A stretch of DNA of 64,000 bases from Minisyncoccota bacterium (lineage in GTDB: Bacteria; Patescibacteriota; Minisyncoccia; Minisyncoccales; RBG-13-42-11). Under the pieces are notes generated by a model that worked only from the letters and a program-made list of their open reading frames with translations, did no database searches and had not been told where the DNA came from. Below, in pieces: positions 34,940 through 43,741 of the stretch. The translations under genes and the position numbers were made by a program. Within the stretch, counting starts at the first letter, position 1. The number at the start of each line of letters is the position of its first letter. The stretch covers positions 11,128 through 75,127 of the forward strand of contig JADHYE010000001.1 of NCBI GenBank assembly GCA_016782605.1. The letters are read 5' to 3'.

Positions 34940-36871
34940 CTAAATGTCTAAATTCTTAACGCCTTTGGCATGCGTCTGGATGAATTTCTTTCGGGGCAGC
35001 ACTTCATCTCCCATCAAGATATCGAAAATTCTGTCAGCTTCCTTGACATCTTCAATATCTACCCTTAATAAAGTCCTTTTTTCAGGATTCATGGTGGTTT
35101 CCCAAAGCTGATCCGGATTCATTTCTCCCAAACCCTTGTATCTTTGTATCGAAACATTCAAGATTTTCTCTTTCTTCAATTTCATTAAAACCTTGTCTTT
35201 TTCCTCTTCGGTATATGCATATTCTATCTTTTTGCCTGACTGTAAACGGTAAAGAGGAGGCTGAGCAATATATATGAAGCCTTTTTCAATCAGCAGCTTG
35301 AAATAGCGGTAAAAAAGAGTTAAAAGAAGAGTTCTTATATGGGAACCGTCAACATCAGCATCAGTCATTATAATAATGCGGTGGTATCTGGCCTTTTCAA
35401 TTTTAAAATCATCAGCCACTGCCGTACCCAAAGCAATGATCAATGATTTTATCTCTTTGGAAGAAAGCATCTTGTCCAGACGGGCGCGCTCAACATTCAA
35501 TATCTTTCCCCTTAAAGGCAGAATAGCCTGGAATCTTCTGTCCCTAGCCTGGCGAGAACTGCCGCCAGCTGACTCACCCTCAACTATGTAAAGTTCTGAG
35601 TCTTCGGGATTTCGAGAACTGCAGTCAGCCAATTTGCCCGGCAAAGCCAATCCCTCTAATGCTCCCTTGCGCAAAACAGTCTCACGCGCCACCCTAGCTG
35701 CTTTCCTGGCTTTTGAAGAAAGAATACATTTTTCAATAATCGCCCGGGCATCCTGCGGATTCCTTTCCAAAAAATCAGTCAGGGTTTCCGAAACAACTGC
35801 TTCCACTGCTGTTTTGGCCTCAGGATTACCTAACTTTGCTTTGGTCTGTCCTTCAAATTGCGGCTCTTTGATTTTTACGGAAACCACGCCGGTAAATCCC
35901 TCTCTGACGTCTTCACCCGACAAATTCTCATCGCTTTCTTTAAGAATGCCGTTCTTTTTGGCGTAATCGTTAAAAGTCCTGGTTAAAGCGGTTCTAAAGC
36001 CGGTCAAGTGATTTCCCCCCTCTCCGGTAAAAATGTTATTGGCAAAACTTTCTTCAAAACATTCATATTCTTCAGTATATTGGAAAGCTGCCTCAACCAG
36101 AATTCCTTCTTTTTCCCCGATACCGTAATAGATATTGGGATGGCGCTTAACCACGTCTCTGGTCAGATATTTGACGTATGAAGACAGTCCGCCCTCAAAA
36201 TAAAAAGCGTAGAACTTTTCCGGTTTTTCCCTTTGGTCAATGGCAGTGATTCTTATCTTTTTTGTCAGGTAAGCCTGCTGCCTGAGATGTTTCAGAATCT
36301 TATTAAAATCGAATTTGATTTCGCTGAATATCTCAGGATCCGGTTCAAAGTAAACCGTGGTGCCTGTCTGCCTGCATTTGCCGTCTTTTTTAACGGCTGT
36401 TTTAGGCTTTCCTTTGGCATATTCCTGGCAATACCTAATGTTATCTCGGCAGACTTCAACCCTCATCCATTTTGAAAGCGCGCAGACCACGGAAACTCCC
36501 ACGCCGTGCAAACCGCCAGCCACCTGGTAAGCTTTGCCTCCGAATTTAGCTCCGGCATGCAATGTTGTCATTACGGTTTCCAAAGCTGATTTTTTAGTTT
36601 GCCAGTGCCTTTCAACCGGAATTCCCCTGCCATCGTCAGTTGTCTTCACTTTGTTGCCTGGCGAAAGAATAACTTCAATGTTTTTTGCATGCCCGGCCAT
36701 TGCCTCATCCAAACTGTTATCAATGCATTCCCAAATCAAATGATGAAGTCCCTCTGGACCGGTTGAACCGATATACATGCCGGGCCTTTTCCTGACAGGA
36801 TCAAGGCCTTCCAAAACATAAATGTCTTTGGCAGTATAATCTTTTTCAGTTTTTTTAGGTTTTTGTAGCAT
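34940..36871 (-). CDS. gyrB: DNA gyrase subunit B
   Basis: The GHKL ATPase, TOPRIM and C-terminal gyrase B domains are present. The start is taken at MLQKPKK (36869-36871). The track's MVLEVDIRG extension comes from the adjacent repeat element. Confidence 0.9.
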   Translation of the reverse strand: MLQKPKKTEKDYTAKDIYVLEGLDPVRKRPGMYIGSTGPEGLHHLIWECIDNSLDEAMAGHAKNIEVILSPGNKVKTTDDGRGIPVERHWQTKKSALETVMTTLHAGAKFGGKAYQVAGGLHGVGVSVVCALSKWMRVEVCRDNIRYCQEYAKGKPKTAVKKDGKCRQTGTTVYFEPDPEIFSEIKFDFNKILKHLRQQAYLTKKIRITAIDQREKPEKFYAFYFEGGLSSYVKYLTRDVVKRHPNIYYGIGEKEGILVEAAFQYTEEYECFEESFANNIFTGEGGNHLTGFRTALTRTFNDYAKKNGILKESDENLSGEDVREGFTGVVSVKIKEPQFEGQTKAKLGNPEAKTAVEAVVSETLTDFLERNPQDARAIIEKCILSSKARKAARVARETVLRKGALEGLALPGKLADCSSRNPEDSELYIVEGESAGGSSRQARDRRFQAILPLRGKILNVERARLDKMLSSKEIKSLIIALGTAVADDFKIEKARYHRIIIMTDADVDGSHIRTLLLTLFYRYFKLLIEKGFIYIAQPPLYRLQSGKKIEYAYTEEEKDKVLMKLKKEKILNVSIQRYKGLGEMNPDQLWETTMNPEKRTLLRVDIEDVKEADRIFDILMGDEVLPRKKFIQTHAKGVKNLDI

Positions 36872-36872
36872 A

Positions 36873-37019
36873 CCCCGTATATCAACTTCCAGAACCAAAC
36901 GCCGTTAGGTGCGTTTTAGCCTGTAAGCGGTTATTTGATAATAATTTCATATTTACAACCATTTGAGTTATGCCCGGCGTTTGTTTAGAACGCACCTTAC
37001 TGGAAGTTGTATTACGGGG
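36873..37019 (+). mobile_element. Family-1b element (copy 3): Family-1 inverted-repeat ends with an unrelated palindromic core
   Basis: ccccgtatatcaacttccag ... ctggaagttgtattacgggg; the core has its own inverted repeat (aaacgccg..ggtgcgtt / aacgcacc..cggcgttt); left flank cata, right flank catt. Confidence 0.75.
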
Positions 37020-37031
37020 CATTTTTTAAAA

Positions 37032-39050
37032 TTATTTTCTAACTTTCCATCCTTGCTCTTTTTCCAAGGATTTAATAACTTTTCTCTGCAAAGAATCAAT
37101 TTCAGAAGAGGAAAGAGTCCTGTCCTCAGCTTGGTAAATTATATGAAAGGCCAAATTCTTTTTGCCCTCTGGCATTTCCATGCCCTCGTAAAGATCAAAT
37201 AATTCAACATTCCGTACTGCCTTTCCACCAGCTTCATAAATTTTATTCAAAATTTCAGCCACTTTCACGTCTTTAGGAACCAGAACAGCTATATCCCTGA
37301 TAGCTGAAGGAAATTTGGAAATCGGCCGGTACTCCTGTTCTTCAGAAGATAATTGTGATAGTTTTTCAAAATCGATATCAAAGAGAATCACTTTGTTTTT
37401 AATTCCCAAAACACTGAGGATTTTAGGAGAAATCTCACCCAAAAACCCTATTTCCTTACCATTGACCTTTATTTCAGCGCACTTGCGAGCATGCCAGATT
37501 GATTGGCTGCTTTGTTCGGGAGTCGGTTGATGTTCGTCGTACCAAACGTCTCCTATACCCAATTTTTCAAAAATCAGATCAACCACGCCCTTCAAATAAT
37601 AAAACTCTTCATCTAGAATCAATCCGGAAAGCTGCCTCTTCTCTATTAAAGGATATTTGAAAACCTTACCCAGCTCAAAAATCTTAAAATTATTAAAATT
37701 ACTGATGTTTTTTTCAACGTTCTTTAACAGCCCTGGAATTAAACTGGCTCTGAGATACTCGTATTCCTGGTTTAAAGGATTTTCCACTTGCACCAGTTCT
37801 TTTTCTTTGTAACCAAACAACTTTGCTTCCTTTTCTCCGAAAAAAGAATAATTATATGTCTCAATAAACCTGGCTTCTTTTAAAACGTTTTTAACGAAAT
37901 CTTCCCAGAAAACATTCAGATTTCTTTTAGCGGGTATTAAATATGATATCGGAGAAACCAAAGGAATTCTATCATAGCCGTAAATCCTGCCGATTTCTTC
38001 AATCAGGTCTTCTGGCAAAGAAACATCCAGCCTGAAAGTCGGCACTTTAACGTAAAATATCTTTGACTGTGAATTCTTAATTTCAAAACCCAATCTTTCC
38101 AATATTTTCTTAATCTCAATTGAAGATATCTTTATCCCCAATAATCTCTCAACATAAGCCAAATCCAATTTTATCATTTTGGCTAAAACTTTTTTAGGAT
38201 AAACGTCAATCACTGAACCAGCCATCTTGCCGCCGGCAATCTCTTCTATCAAAAAAGCTGCCCTGTTGATTGCTGGTTCTGTCAGGCCAGGGTCTATACT
38301 GTGTTCAAATCTCAAAGAAGCGTCTGTCCTAAGATTCAATTTCTTGGAACTCTTTCTGATAACCTGAGGATTGAAGTTGGCTGATTCCAAAACTATTGTT
38401 TTTGTTGATTTGCCAATTTCAGGAGATTTCCCTCCTTTTATGCCGGCAATGGCTATGGGATGATTGCTGTCGGCAATAACCAAAACATCTGGGCTTAAAT
38501 TAAATTTCTGGTCCTCAAGCGTCACAATCTTTTCTTTATCTTTGGCAAACCTTACTACGATTTTTCCTCCGGCAAGCTTTTCCGCGTCAAAAGCGTGCAA
38601 GGGCTGGCCGGTCTCCAACATCACATAATTGGCAATATCCACTATGTTGTTTATCGGCCCTAACCCGCAAATCTTCAGTTCGTCGCTCAGCCATTTGGGA
38701 GAAGGCCCGACTTTAATGTCTTTTACCAGTCTGGCAGTATATCTTAAACAAGCGCTCTTTGCCAGGACTTCCACTTTAACAGAAGCTTGTTTGCCAGCTG
38801 TATTTTTTACCGAAGGAAAACGCTTAATTTGATAGTTTAAAATAGCGGATATTTCCCTGGCAATTCCCATGTGAGAAAAGCAATCCGATGCCCTATTCGG
38901 CCTGATATCAATGTCAAAAATATAATCATTGCCGTTTTTCTTAATTTCTTCAACTTCGGCAAAGTGTTTTGTCAAAAGTTCAGACAAATGTTTTGCCTGA
39001 GGTAATTTTTTATCAAAAAAAGATTGTAACCAATTATATGAAAACAACAT
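37032..39050 (-). CDS. pheT: phenylalanyl-tRNA synthetase beta subunit
   Basis: 672 aa; B3/B4, B5 and FDX-ACB domains. Confidence 0.9.
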   Translation of the reverse strand: MLFSYNWLQSFFDKKLPQAKHLSELLTKHFAEVEEIKKNGNDYIFDIDIRPNRASDCFSHMGIAREISAILNYQIKRFPSVKNTAGKQASVKVEVLAKSACLRYTARLVKDIKVGPSPKWLSDELKICGLGPINNIVDIANYVMLETGQPLHAFDAEKLAGGKIVVRFAKDKEKIVTLEDQKFNLSPDVLVIADSNHPIAIAGIKGGKSPEIGKSTKTIVLESANFNPQVIRKSSKKLNLRTDASLRFEHSIDPGLTEPAINRAAFLIEEIAGGKMAGSVIDVYPKKVLAKMIKLDLAYVERLLGIKISSIEIKKILERLGFEIKNSQSKIFYVKVPTFRLDVSLPEDLIEEIGRIYGYDRIPLVSPISYLIPAKRNLNVFWEDFVKNVLKEARFIETYNYSFFGEKEAKLFGYKEKELVQVENPLNQEYEYLRASLIPGLLKNVEKNISNFNNFKIFELGKVFKYPLIEKRQLSGLILDEEFYYLKGVVDLIFEKLGIGDVWYDEHQPTPEQSSQSIWHARKCAEIKVNGKEIGFLGEISPKILSVLGIKNKVILFDIDFEKLSQLSSEEQEYRPISKFPSAIRDIAVLVPKDVKVAEILNKIYEAGGKAVRNVELFDLYEGMEMPEGKKNLAFHIIYQAEDRTLSSSEIDSLQRKVIKSLEKEQGWKVRK

Positions 39051-39052
39051 AA

Positions 39053-40072
39053 TTAAAATTGATTTAAAAACCTTAAATCTCCCGAACGAAACAACCTGAT
39101 ATCGTTAATCTTGTATTTAAGCATGGCCAGTCTTTCTAAACCAAACCCGAACGCCCAACCCTGCCAGTTTTTAGGAACGAGTTTGGAATTCTTGAAAACA
39201 TTAGGATGAACCATTCCAGCACCAGCCACTTCCAACCAACCTGTACCTTTGCAAACAGAACATCCCTTGCCCTGGCAAACAAAACAGCTTATGGCGATAT
39301 CAAAAGACGGTTCAGTAAAAGGAAAATAATCCGGCCTCAAGCGGAACTTAACGTCTTTCTCAAAAAATCTGCGGAAGAATTCTCCGACAATGGCTTTCAA
39401 ATTGGCTACTGATATATTCCTATCAACCATCAATCCTTCAACTTGGAATAATTGAAATTCATGGGAAGAATCTGTTGCCTCATGCCTGAAAACATTTCCC
39501 GGAACAATTATCCTTAAGGGTGGATTATTCTTTTCCATATAGCGGACCTGGACAGGACTGGTATGAGCTCTAAGCAAACGTTTGTTTTTAAGATAGAAAG
39601 TATCCCAGACATCTCTGGCAGGATGGTCTTTAGGGATATTCAAAGCATCGAAATTATACCATTCTGTTTCCATATCAGGCCCCTCAACAATTAAAAATCC
39701 CATTGATTGGAAAATCTCTTCCACTTTTCTTTTGGTCAAGGTTAAAGGATGCAGATGGCCGGAAAAAGGCTTTTTCCCGGGAATAGTTATATCAATCCAT
39801 TCTGATTCTTTGAGAGAGGTTCCGGTAAAACGCACCTCTTCCATTTTTACTTGTATCTTCTCCTTTAAAAAATCCTTTAGTTTATTTGCTTCGCTGCCGA
39901 TTTTTCTTCTTTCGTCTTTTGAAAGTTTAACCAAAGAACGCAAAACTAAAGTAAGCTCTCCTTTCTTTCCTAAATACTTTTTTAAAACTTCATTCAAAAG
40001 CTCGGCATTTCCTGCACTGTCTATTTCCTTTTCTACTTGTTTTTTAAGCGATTTTAAGTCAATTTGTACCAT
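39053..40072 (-). CDS. pheS: phenylalanyl-tRNA synthetase alpha subunit
   Basis: 339 aa; class II motifs. Confidence 0.9.
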   Translation of the reverse strand: MVQIDLKSLKKQVEKEIDSAGNAELLNEVLKKYLGKKGELTLVLRSLVKLSKDERRKIGSEANKLKDFLKEKIQVKMEEVRFTGTSLKESEWIDITIPGKKPFSGHLHPLTLTKRKVEEIFQSMGFLIVEGPDMETEWYNFDALNIPKDHPARDVWDTFYLKNKRLLRAHTSPVQVRYMEKNNPPLRIIVPGNVFRHEATDSSHEFQLFQVEGLMVDRNISVANLKAIVGEFFRRFFEKDVKFRLRPDYFPFTEPSFDIAISCFVCQGKGCSVCKGTGWLEVAGAGMVHPNVFKNSKLVPKNWQGWAFGFGLERLAMLKYKINDIRLFRSGDLRFLNQF

Positions 40073-40172
40073 ACCTGTTCTTTAATTTTACCTTAAATTT
40101 ACCTTAGAATCAAGCAAAAATCTGGGGAAAACTCAAAGAAAAAACCCACTAAATTAGCTTAAAAAAGCGCAT

Positions 40173-40856
40173 CTAATGGGTTTTTCTAGTAGATTCTATA
40201 TAGGCGATAATTTGATCATGTTTTTCTCGACTGATTCTCCCTTTGGCGAGGCAGCGATGGATAACAAACCACAGAGAAATAGCAGAATGGATTCTACAAT
40301 CGAGACGCTCCATTTCTTTTTTGCCACCCTGCTCTCTATCAAGAAAAATTACCAAATCAGAAACAATCAACCCAGCTTTTCTTATGGCCAAAATCGCCTC
40401 TTCTTTGGTTTCCCCAAAACTAAGCACATCATCAATCAATAAAACAACTTGGCCTAGAGAAAACTTTCCCTCAGCAATGCCAGTTATTCTGCGTTTGCCA
40501 TCGATAACTTCCTTTTTTAATTTCAAAAGGGGCTTTCCTGATAATCGTGAAATTGCCTCGGCGAAAGGTTCGCCAGCCTGAGGAACACCAGCTACCAAAT
40601 CGAACTGAAATCTTTCTCCTTTAATCAAATGAAACATAACTTCGGCAATCGCTTCCACAGCATCGGGAATTAAAGGTCCCCCATACTCTCTTGTTCTTAA
40701 ATTAATCTTAAAGGGAGATTTCGGAGCTGTGGGATCGCCTTCATGATGTTTCAATTTAAATTCTCCAAGTTCAAGTATCCCCAAATTTGCCAAATTATCG
40801 ATCAACAATTTCAGTTCATCGACTATATACCCTTTAACATGCCATTTCTTTGTCAT
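40173..40856 (-). CDS. type I phosphoribosyltransferase (orotate-PRTase-like)
   Basis: PRPP-binding motif VVLLIDDVLSFGET; start taken at MTKKWHVKGY. Confidence 0.55.
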   Translation of the reverse strand: MTKKWHVKGYIVDELKLLIDNLANLGILELGEFKLKHHEGDPTAPKSPFKINLRTREYGGPLIPDAVEAIAEVMFHLIKGERFQFDLVAGVPQAGEPFAEAISRLSGKPLLKLKKEVIDGKRRITGIAEGKFSLGQVVLLIDDVLSFGETKEEAILAIRKAGLIVSDLVIFLDREQGGKKEMERLDCRIHSAISLWFVIHRCLAKGRISREKHDQIIAYIESTRKTH

Positions 40857-40947
40857 TTTACCTCCCATCCTATATGAAATTAGAAAATAGCTGTTTATAT
40901 GCCTCCTTTCTGTACTAATACTATTCAATTTTCAATAAGGCGTCAAA

Positions 40948-40978
40948 CCAAAACCCGCCATTAATATAGGCGGGAAAT
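40948..40978 (-). terminator. intrinsic terminator after the tRNA operon
   Basis: CCCGCC..GGCGGG stem followed by TTTTGGTTTG on the minus strand. Confidence 0.55.
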
Positions 40979-40981
40979 TTA

Positions 40982-41059
40982 TGGCGGACCCGACCGGATT
41001 TGAACCGGCGATCTCCTTCGTGACAGGAAGGCGTGTTAACCAGGCTACACTACAGGTCC
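40982..41059 (-). tRNA. tRNA-Asp (anticodon GTC), CCA encoded
   Basis: revcomp GGACCTGTAGTGTAGCCTGGTTAACACGCCTTCCTGTCACGAAGGAGATCGCCGGTTCAAATCCGGTCGGGTCCGCCA. Confidence 0.85.
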
Positions 41060-41060
41060 G

Positions 41061-41136
41061 TGGTGCCGAGGGTGAGAGTTGAACTCACGACCCCTGCCTT
41101 ATGAAGGCATTGCTCTAACCACTGAGCTACCCCGGC
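41061..41136 (-). tRNA. tRNA-Met (anticodon CAT), elongator type (G1-C72 paired), CCA encoded
   Basis: revcomp GCCGGGGTAGCTCAGTGGTTAGAGCAATGCCTTCATAAGGCAGGGGTCGTGAGTTCAACTCTCACCCTCGGCACCA. Confidence 0.8.
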
Positions 41137-41144
41137 TAATGTTG

Positions 41145-41215
41145 TTGCGGGGGCCGGAATTGCACCGGCGTCTCGAGGTTATGGGCCTCGCAAGGTACTA
41201 CTCCTCCACCCCGCG
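41145..41215 (-). tRNA. initiator tRNA-fMet (anticodon CAT) with C1-A72 mismatch; C at position 33; CCA not encoded
   Basis: revcomp CGCGGGGTGGAGGAGTAGTACCTTGCGAGGCCCATAACCTCGAGACGCCGGTGCAATTCCGGCCCCCGCAA; close to E. coli tRNA-fMet at the acceptor and T arms. Confidence 0.75.
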
Positions 41216-41258
41216 GCAAAACATTTTAATTATACTTTCTTTTTCAAAAAAATCAAGG

Positions 41259-41789
41259 CTAAAAAGCATCCAAATCTCTAAGCGCTTTCTCATAAATGCC
41301 CAGTGCCTTTTTAGTCTCATCCAAAGTTAACTTGTAATCAGGATCGCGAACAATATTGTTGCGAATCTGGTGTGCTTCTTTTAACTCTTCGATATTGGAA
41401 AGAGTGGCGACGGTTAGCTTTTCCAAGCTCTCTTCTAAAGAAGCGCCTCCGTACCCCATCTTTTTCAAAATATCATTCATTGTATTGTCCGCTTCAATAA
41501 CCGTTAACTTGTATTCCGATTCCAAACCAGTATCTAATCTAGCAAGAATCTTCCGCCAATCCCTTTCCATTCTTTTTACGCCAAAAGGCTTGTATCTGAA
41601 GAATTCAGCTGCGTCATAAAGAACATACATTCTCAGCCAAGAAGACTTAAAAAGCGCGAAAATTATGAAGCCCACTGCAAATACGCCAAAAACCATAAAA
41701 GCTATCTTTAAATAGAAAAGCAAATCGTCAAAAGCGGCGGAAGAAAAAAACGGCATGAAACTATTTGTAAATCCTTCAATTATTTCCAT
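41259..41789 (-). CDS. hypothetical membrane protein
   Basis: 176 aa; two TM helices; the ATG is flush with Family-1 copy 4. Confidence 0.4.
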   Translation of the reverse strand: MEIIEGFTNSFMPFFSSAAFDDLLFYLKIAFMVFGVFAVGFIIFALFKSSWLRMYVLYDAAEFFRYKPFGVKRMERDWRKILARLDTGLESEYKLTVIEADNTMNDILKKMGYGGASLEESLEKLTVATLSNIEELKEAHQIRNNIVRDPDYKLTLDETKKALGIYEKALRDLDAF

Positions 41790-41790
41790 A

Positions 41791-41922
41791 CCCCGTATAT
41801 CAACATCCAGGCATTTTCAATGCGAAAACACCCTGAAGATTGTCTTTATTTAATAATATATTCAACATAATAACTTTGTTTGAGATTTTAATACGAAGTA
41901 TTCTGGATGTTGTATTACAAGG
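41791..41922 (+). mobile_element. Family-1 element, copy 4 (flanked by CATA; variant right end ..ttacaagg)
   Basis: its terminal 8 bp supply the last codon and TAA stop of gatA. Confidence 0.85.
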
Positions 41923-43345
41923 CATATAATTTTGATATTTCTAAAATTTTATCTTCTTCGAACGGCTTGCCGATTATCTGAAGTCCGACAGGAAGATTGT
42001 CTATCTTACCGACAGGCAAGGAAACAGCCGGCAATCCAGCCAAACTGACAGGACCGGTAAAAACATCGCAAAGATACATTTGAAGCGGGTCTTTAATCTT
42101 TTCTCCGAGCTTGAAAGCCGGAGTCGGCGCAACGGGTGTCATTAAAACGTCTACCTTTTTAAACGCCTTTTCAAAATCCTGTCTTACCAAAGTCCTTACT
42201 TTCTGGGCTTTCAAATAATAAGCGTCGTAATAACCGCTGGACAAAGCATATGTTCCCAAAATAATCCTGCGGCGTACCTCGTCTCCCAATCCCCTGCCCC
42301 TTGAACGCAAATAAACTTCCATTAAATCATTACTGCTTTTGTCCTGGTGTCCGTATTTTATGCCATCGTATCTTGCCAAATTAGCAGAAATCTCACAAGG
42401 CATAATTATGTAATAAGTAGCTATAGCGTAATCAGTATGAGGTAAACTTACTTCCATTATCTTTGCGCCCATTGCCTCGTATTTCTTTATCGCCTCTTTC
42501 ACTATTTTTTCCACTTCCTTATCAACTTCTTTGACAAAATATTCTTTGGGAACGCCTATTTTCAAGCCCTTGATTTTCAATCCATTGTTTTCAACCCTCA
42601 TATCAACCGAAGTTGAATCCATCTGATCTTTGCCCCTTATTACATCAAAAACAATCTTGCAGTCATCTATATTCTTGGTTAAAGGCCCTATCTGGTCAAG
42701 AGAAGAAGCCATAGCAATCAGTCCGAAGCGGGAAACTGCGCCGTAAGTCGGCCTTAACCCGACCACTCCGCAAAGAGAAGCAGGGTAACGTATCGAACCA
42801 GCTGTATCAGAACCCAAAGCGTAAACTGCCATGTCTGCGGCAACAGCAGCTGCTGAACCAGATGAAGAGCCGCCTGTTACCCTGGTTAAATCGCAAGGAT
42901 TCTTTGTCGGACCGAAGGCTGAATTCTCTCCGGAAGCTCCCATGGCAAACTCATCCAAATTGGTTTTTCCCAAAATAACCGCCTTTTCCTTTTTCAATTT
43001 CCTGACAACCGTAGCCTCATAAAGAGCAACGTAGTTTTCTAAAATCTTTGAAGCAGCCGTACACTTCAACCCTTCAACCATAATATTGTCTTTTACAGCG
43101 CAAGGAATGCCTGCCAGAACCGGTATGTTCTCGCCTCTCTTGATTATATCATCAACTTCTTCTGCTTGCTTTAAAGCTGTTTCCTCGATAACGGACAAAA
43201 AAGCAAAAATGTCTTTGTCTTTTTCCCTTATCTTTTCCAGATAAGCTTTGCACAATTCAACAGATGAGAACTCTTTGTTGACTAATCCTTGATGCGCCTG
43301 AGCAATGGTTAGATCCTGTATCTTCACCCCGTTAGAAGTTTGCAT
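41915..43345 (-). CDS. gatA: Glu-tRNA(Gln) amidotransferase subunit A
   Basis: Amidase signature is present. The first 6 codons (MQTSNG) fall inside the left inverted-repeat end of the element at 43327-43455, and the last codon plus stop fall inside Family-1 copy 4. Confidence 0.9.
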   Translation of the reverse strand: MQTSNGVKIQDLTIAQAHQGLVNKEFSSVELCKAYLEKIREKDKDIFAFLSVIEETALKQAEEVDDIIKRGENIPVLAGIPCAVKDNIMVEGLKCTAASKILENYVALYEATVVRKLKKEKAVILGKTNLDEFAMGASGENSAFGPTKNPCDLTRVTGGSSSGSAAAVAADMAVYALGSDTAGSIRYPASLCGVVGLRPTYGAVSRFGLIAMASSLDQIGPLTKNIDDCKIVFDVIRGKDQMDSTSVDMRVENNGLKIKGLKIGVPKEYFVKEVDKEVEKIVKEAIKKYEAMGAKIMEVSLPHTDYAIATYYIIMPCEISANLARYDGIKYGHQDKSSNDLMEVYLRSRGRGLGDEVRRRIILGTYALSSGYYDAYYLKAQKVRTLVRQDFEKAFKKVDVLMTPVAPTPAFKLGEKIKDPLQMYLCDVFTGPVSLAGLPAVSLPVGKIDNLPVGLQIIGKPFEEDKILEISKLYAL

Positions 43346-43455
43346 ATGTATTATTGGCCAAAAAAGACCAAAGGTTCTTTTTTGGCGGAAGTTTAACGAA
43401 ATAAAGTAATTGTTTAATCTTTAGCATGTTTAACCGTGGCAAACTTCTAACGGGG
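43327..43455 (+). mobile_element. Family-1c-like element: 17-bp perfect inverted-repeat ends (CCCCGTTAGAAGTTTGC) flanked by TTCA repeats, spanning the gatC-gatA spacer and the gatA start
   Basis: ends at 43327-43343 and 43439-43455 with TTCA on both sides; an internal CCAAAAAAGACC..GGTTCTTTTTTGG hairpin; the gatA ATG lies inside the left end. Confidence 0.6.
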
Positions 43456-43456
43456 T

Positions 43457-43741
43457 TCATTTCAAAATTGATTTTACTTTTAAATAATCTTCTTTTTTAT
43501 CGGGAAACGATTCTATTAATTTCCTGCTGCTCCCCTTTCCTTTTGGCTCATCTTTCCTTAATACGTTTTCAACTTTGATCGAATGGCTGGTCGGCTCAAT
43601 GCCGGAAATATTCACTTCTTTCAGTTTTTCAAAATAATCCAAAATCGAAGAAAGCTCTTTCTGATATTTTTCAATTTCTTGATCAGTTAAGCCCAATCTG
43701 GCAAGTTTAGCTATATGTTGTACTTCTTCTTTAGAAATCAT
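43457..43741 (-). CDS. gatC: Asp/Glu-tRNA amidotransferase subunit C
   Basis: 94 aa GatC-like. Confidence 0.8.
   Translation of the reverse strand: MISKEEVQHIAKLARLGLTDQEIEKYQKELSSILDYFEKLKEVNISGIEPTSHSIKVENVLRKDEPKGKGSSRKLIESFPDKKEDYLKVKSILK

Noticed and set aside
36872-36898. N-terminal extensions MVLEVDIRG (gyrB) and MDVDIRG (rpsI, 54740-54760) in the ORF track
   Set aside because: They are translations of the element's inverted-repeat end. In-frame ATGs giving canonical protein N-termini lie flush after the element.
40100-40181. clean terminator after the PRTase gene
   Set aside because: The candidate hairpin is imperfect and one arm lies inside the ORF 3' end, so it was not annotated as a feature.
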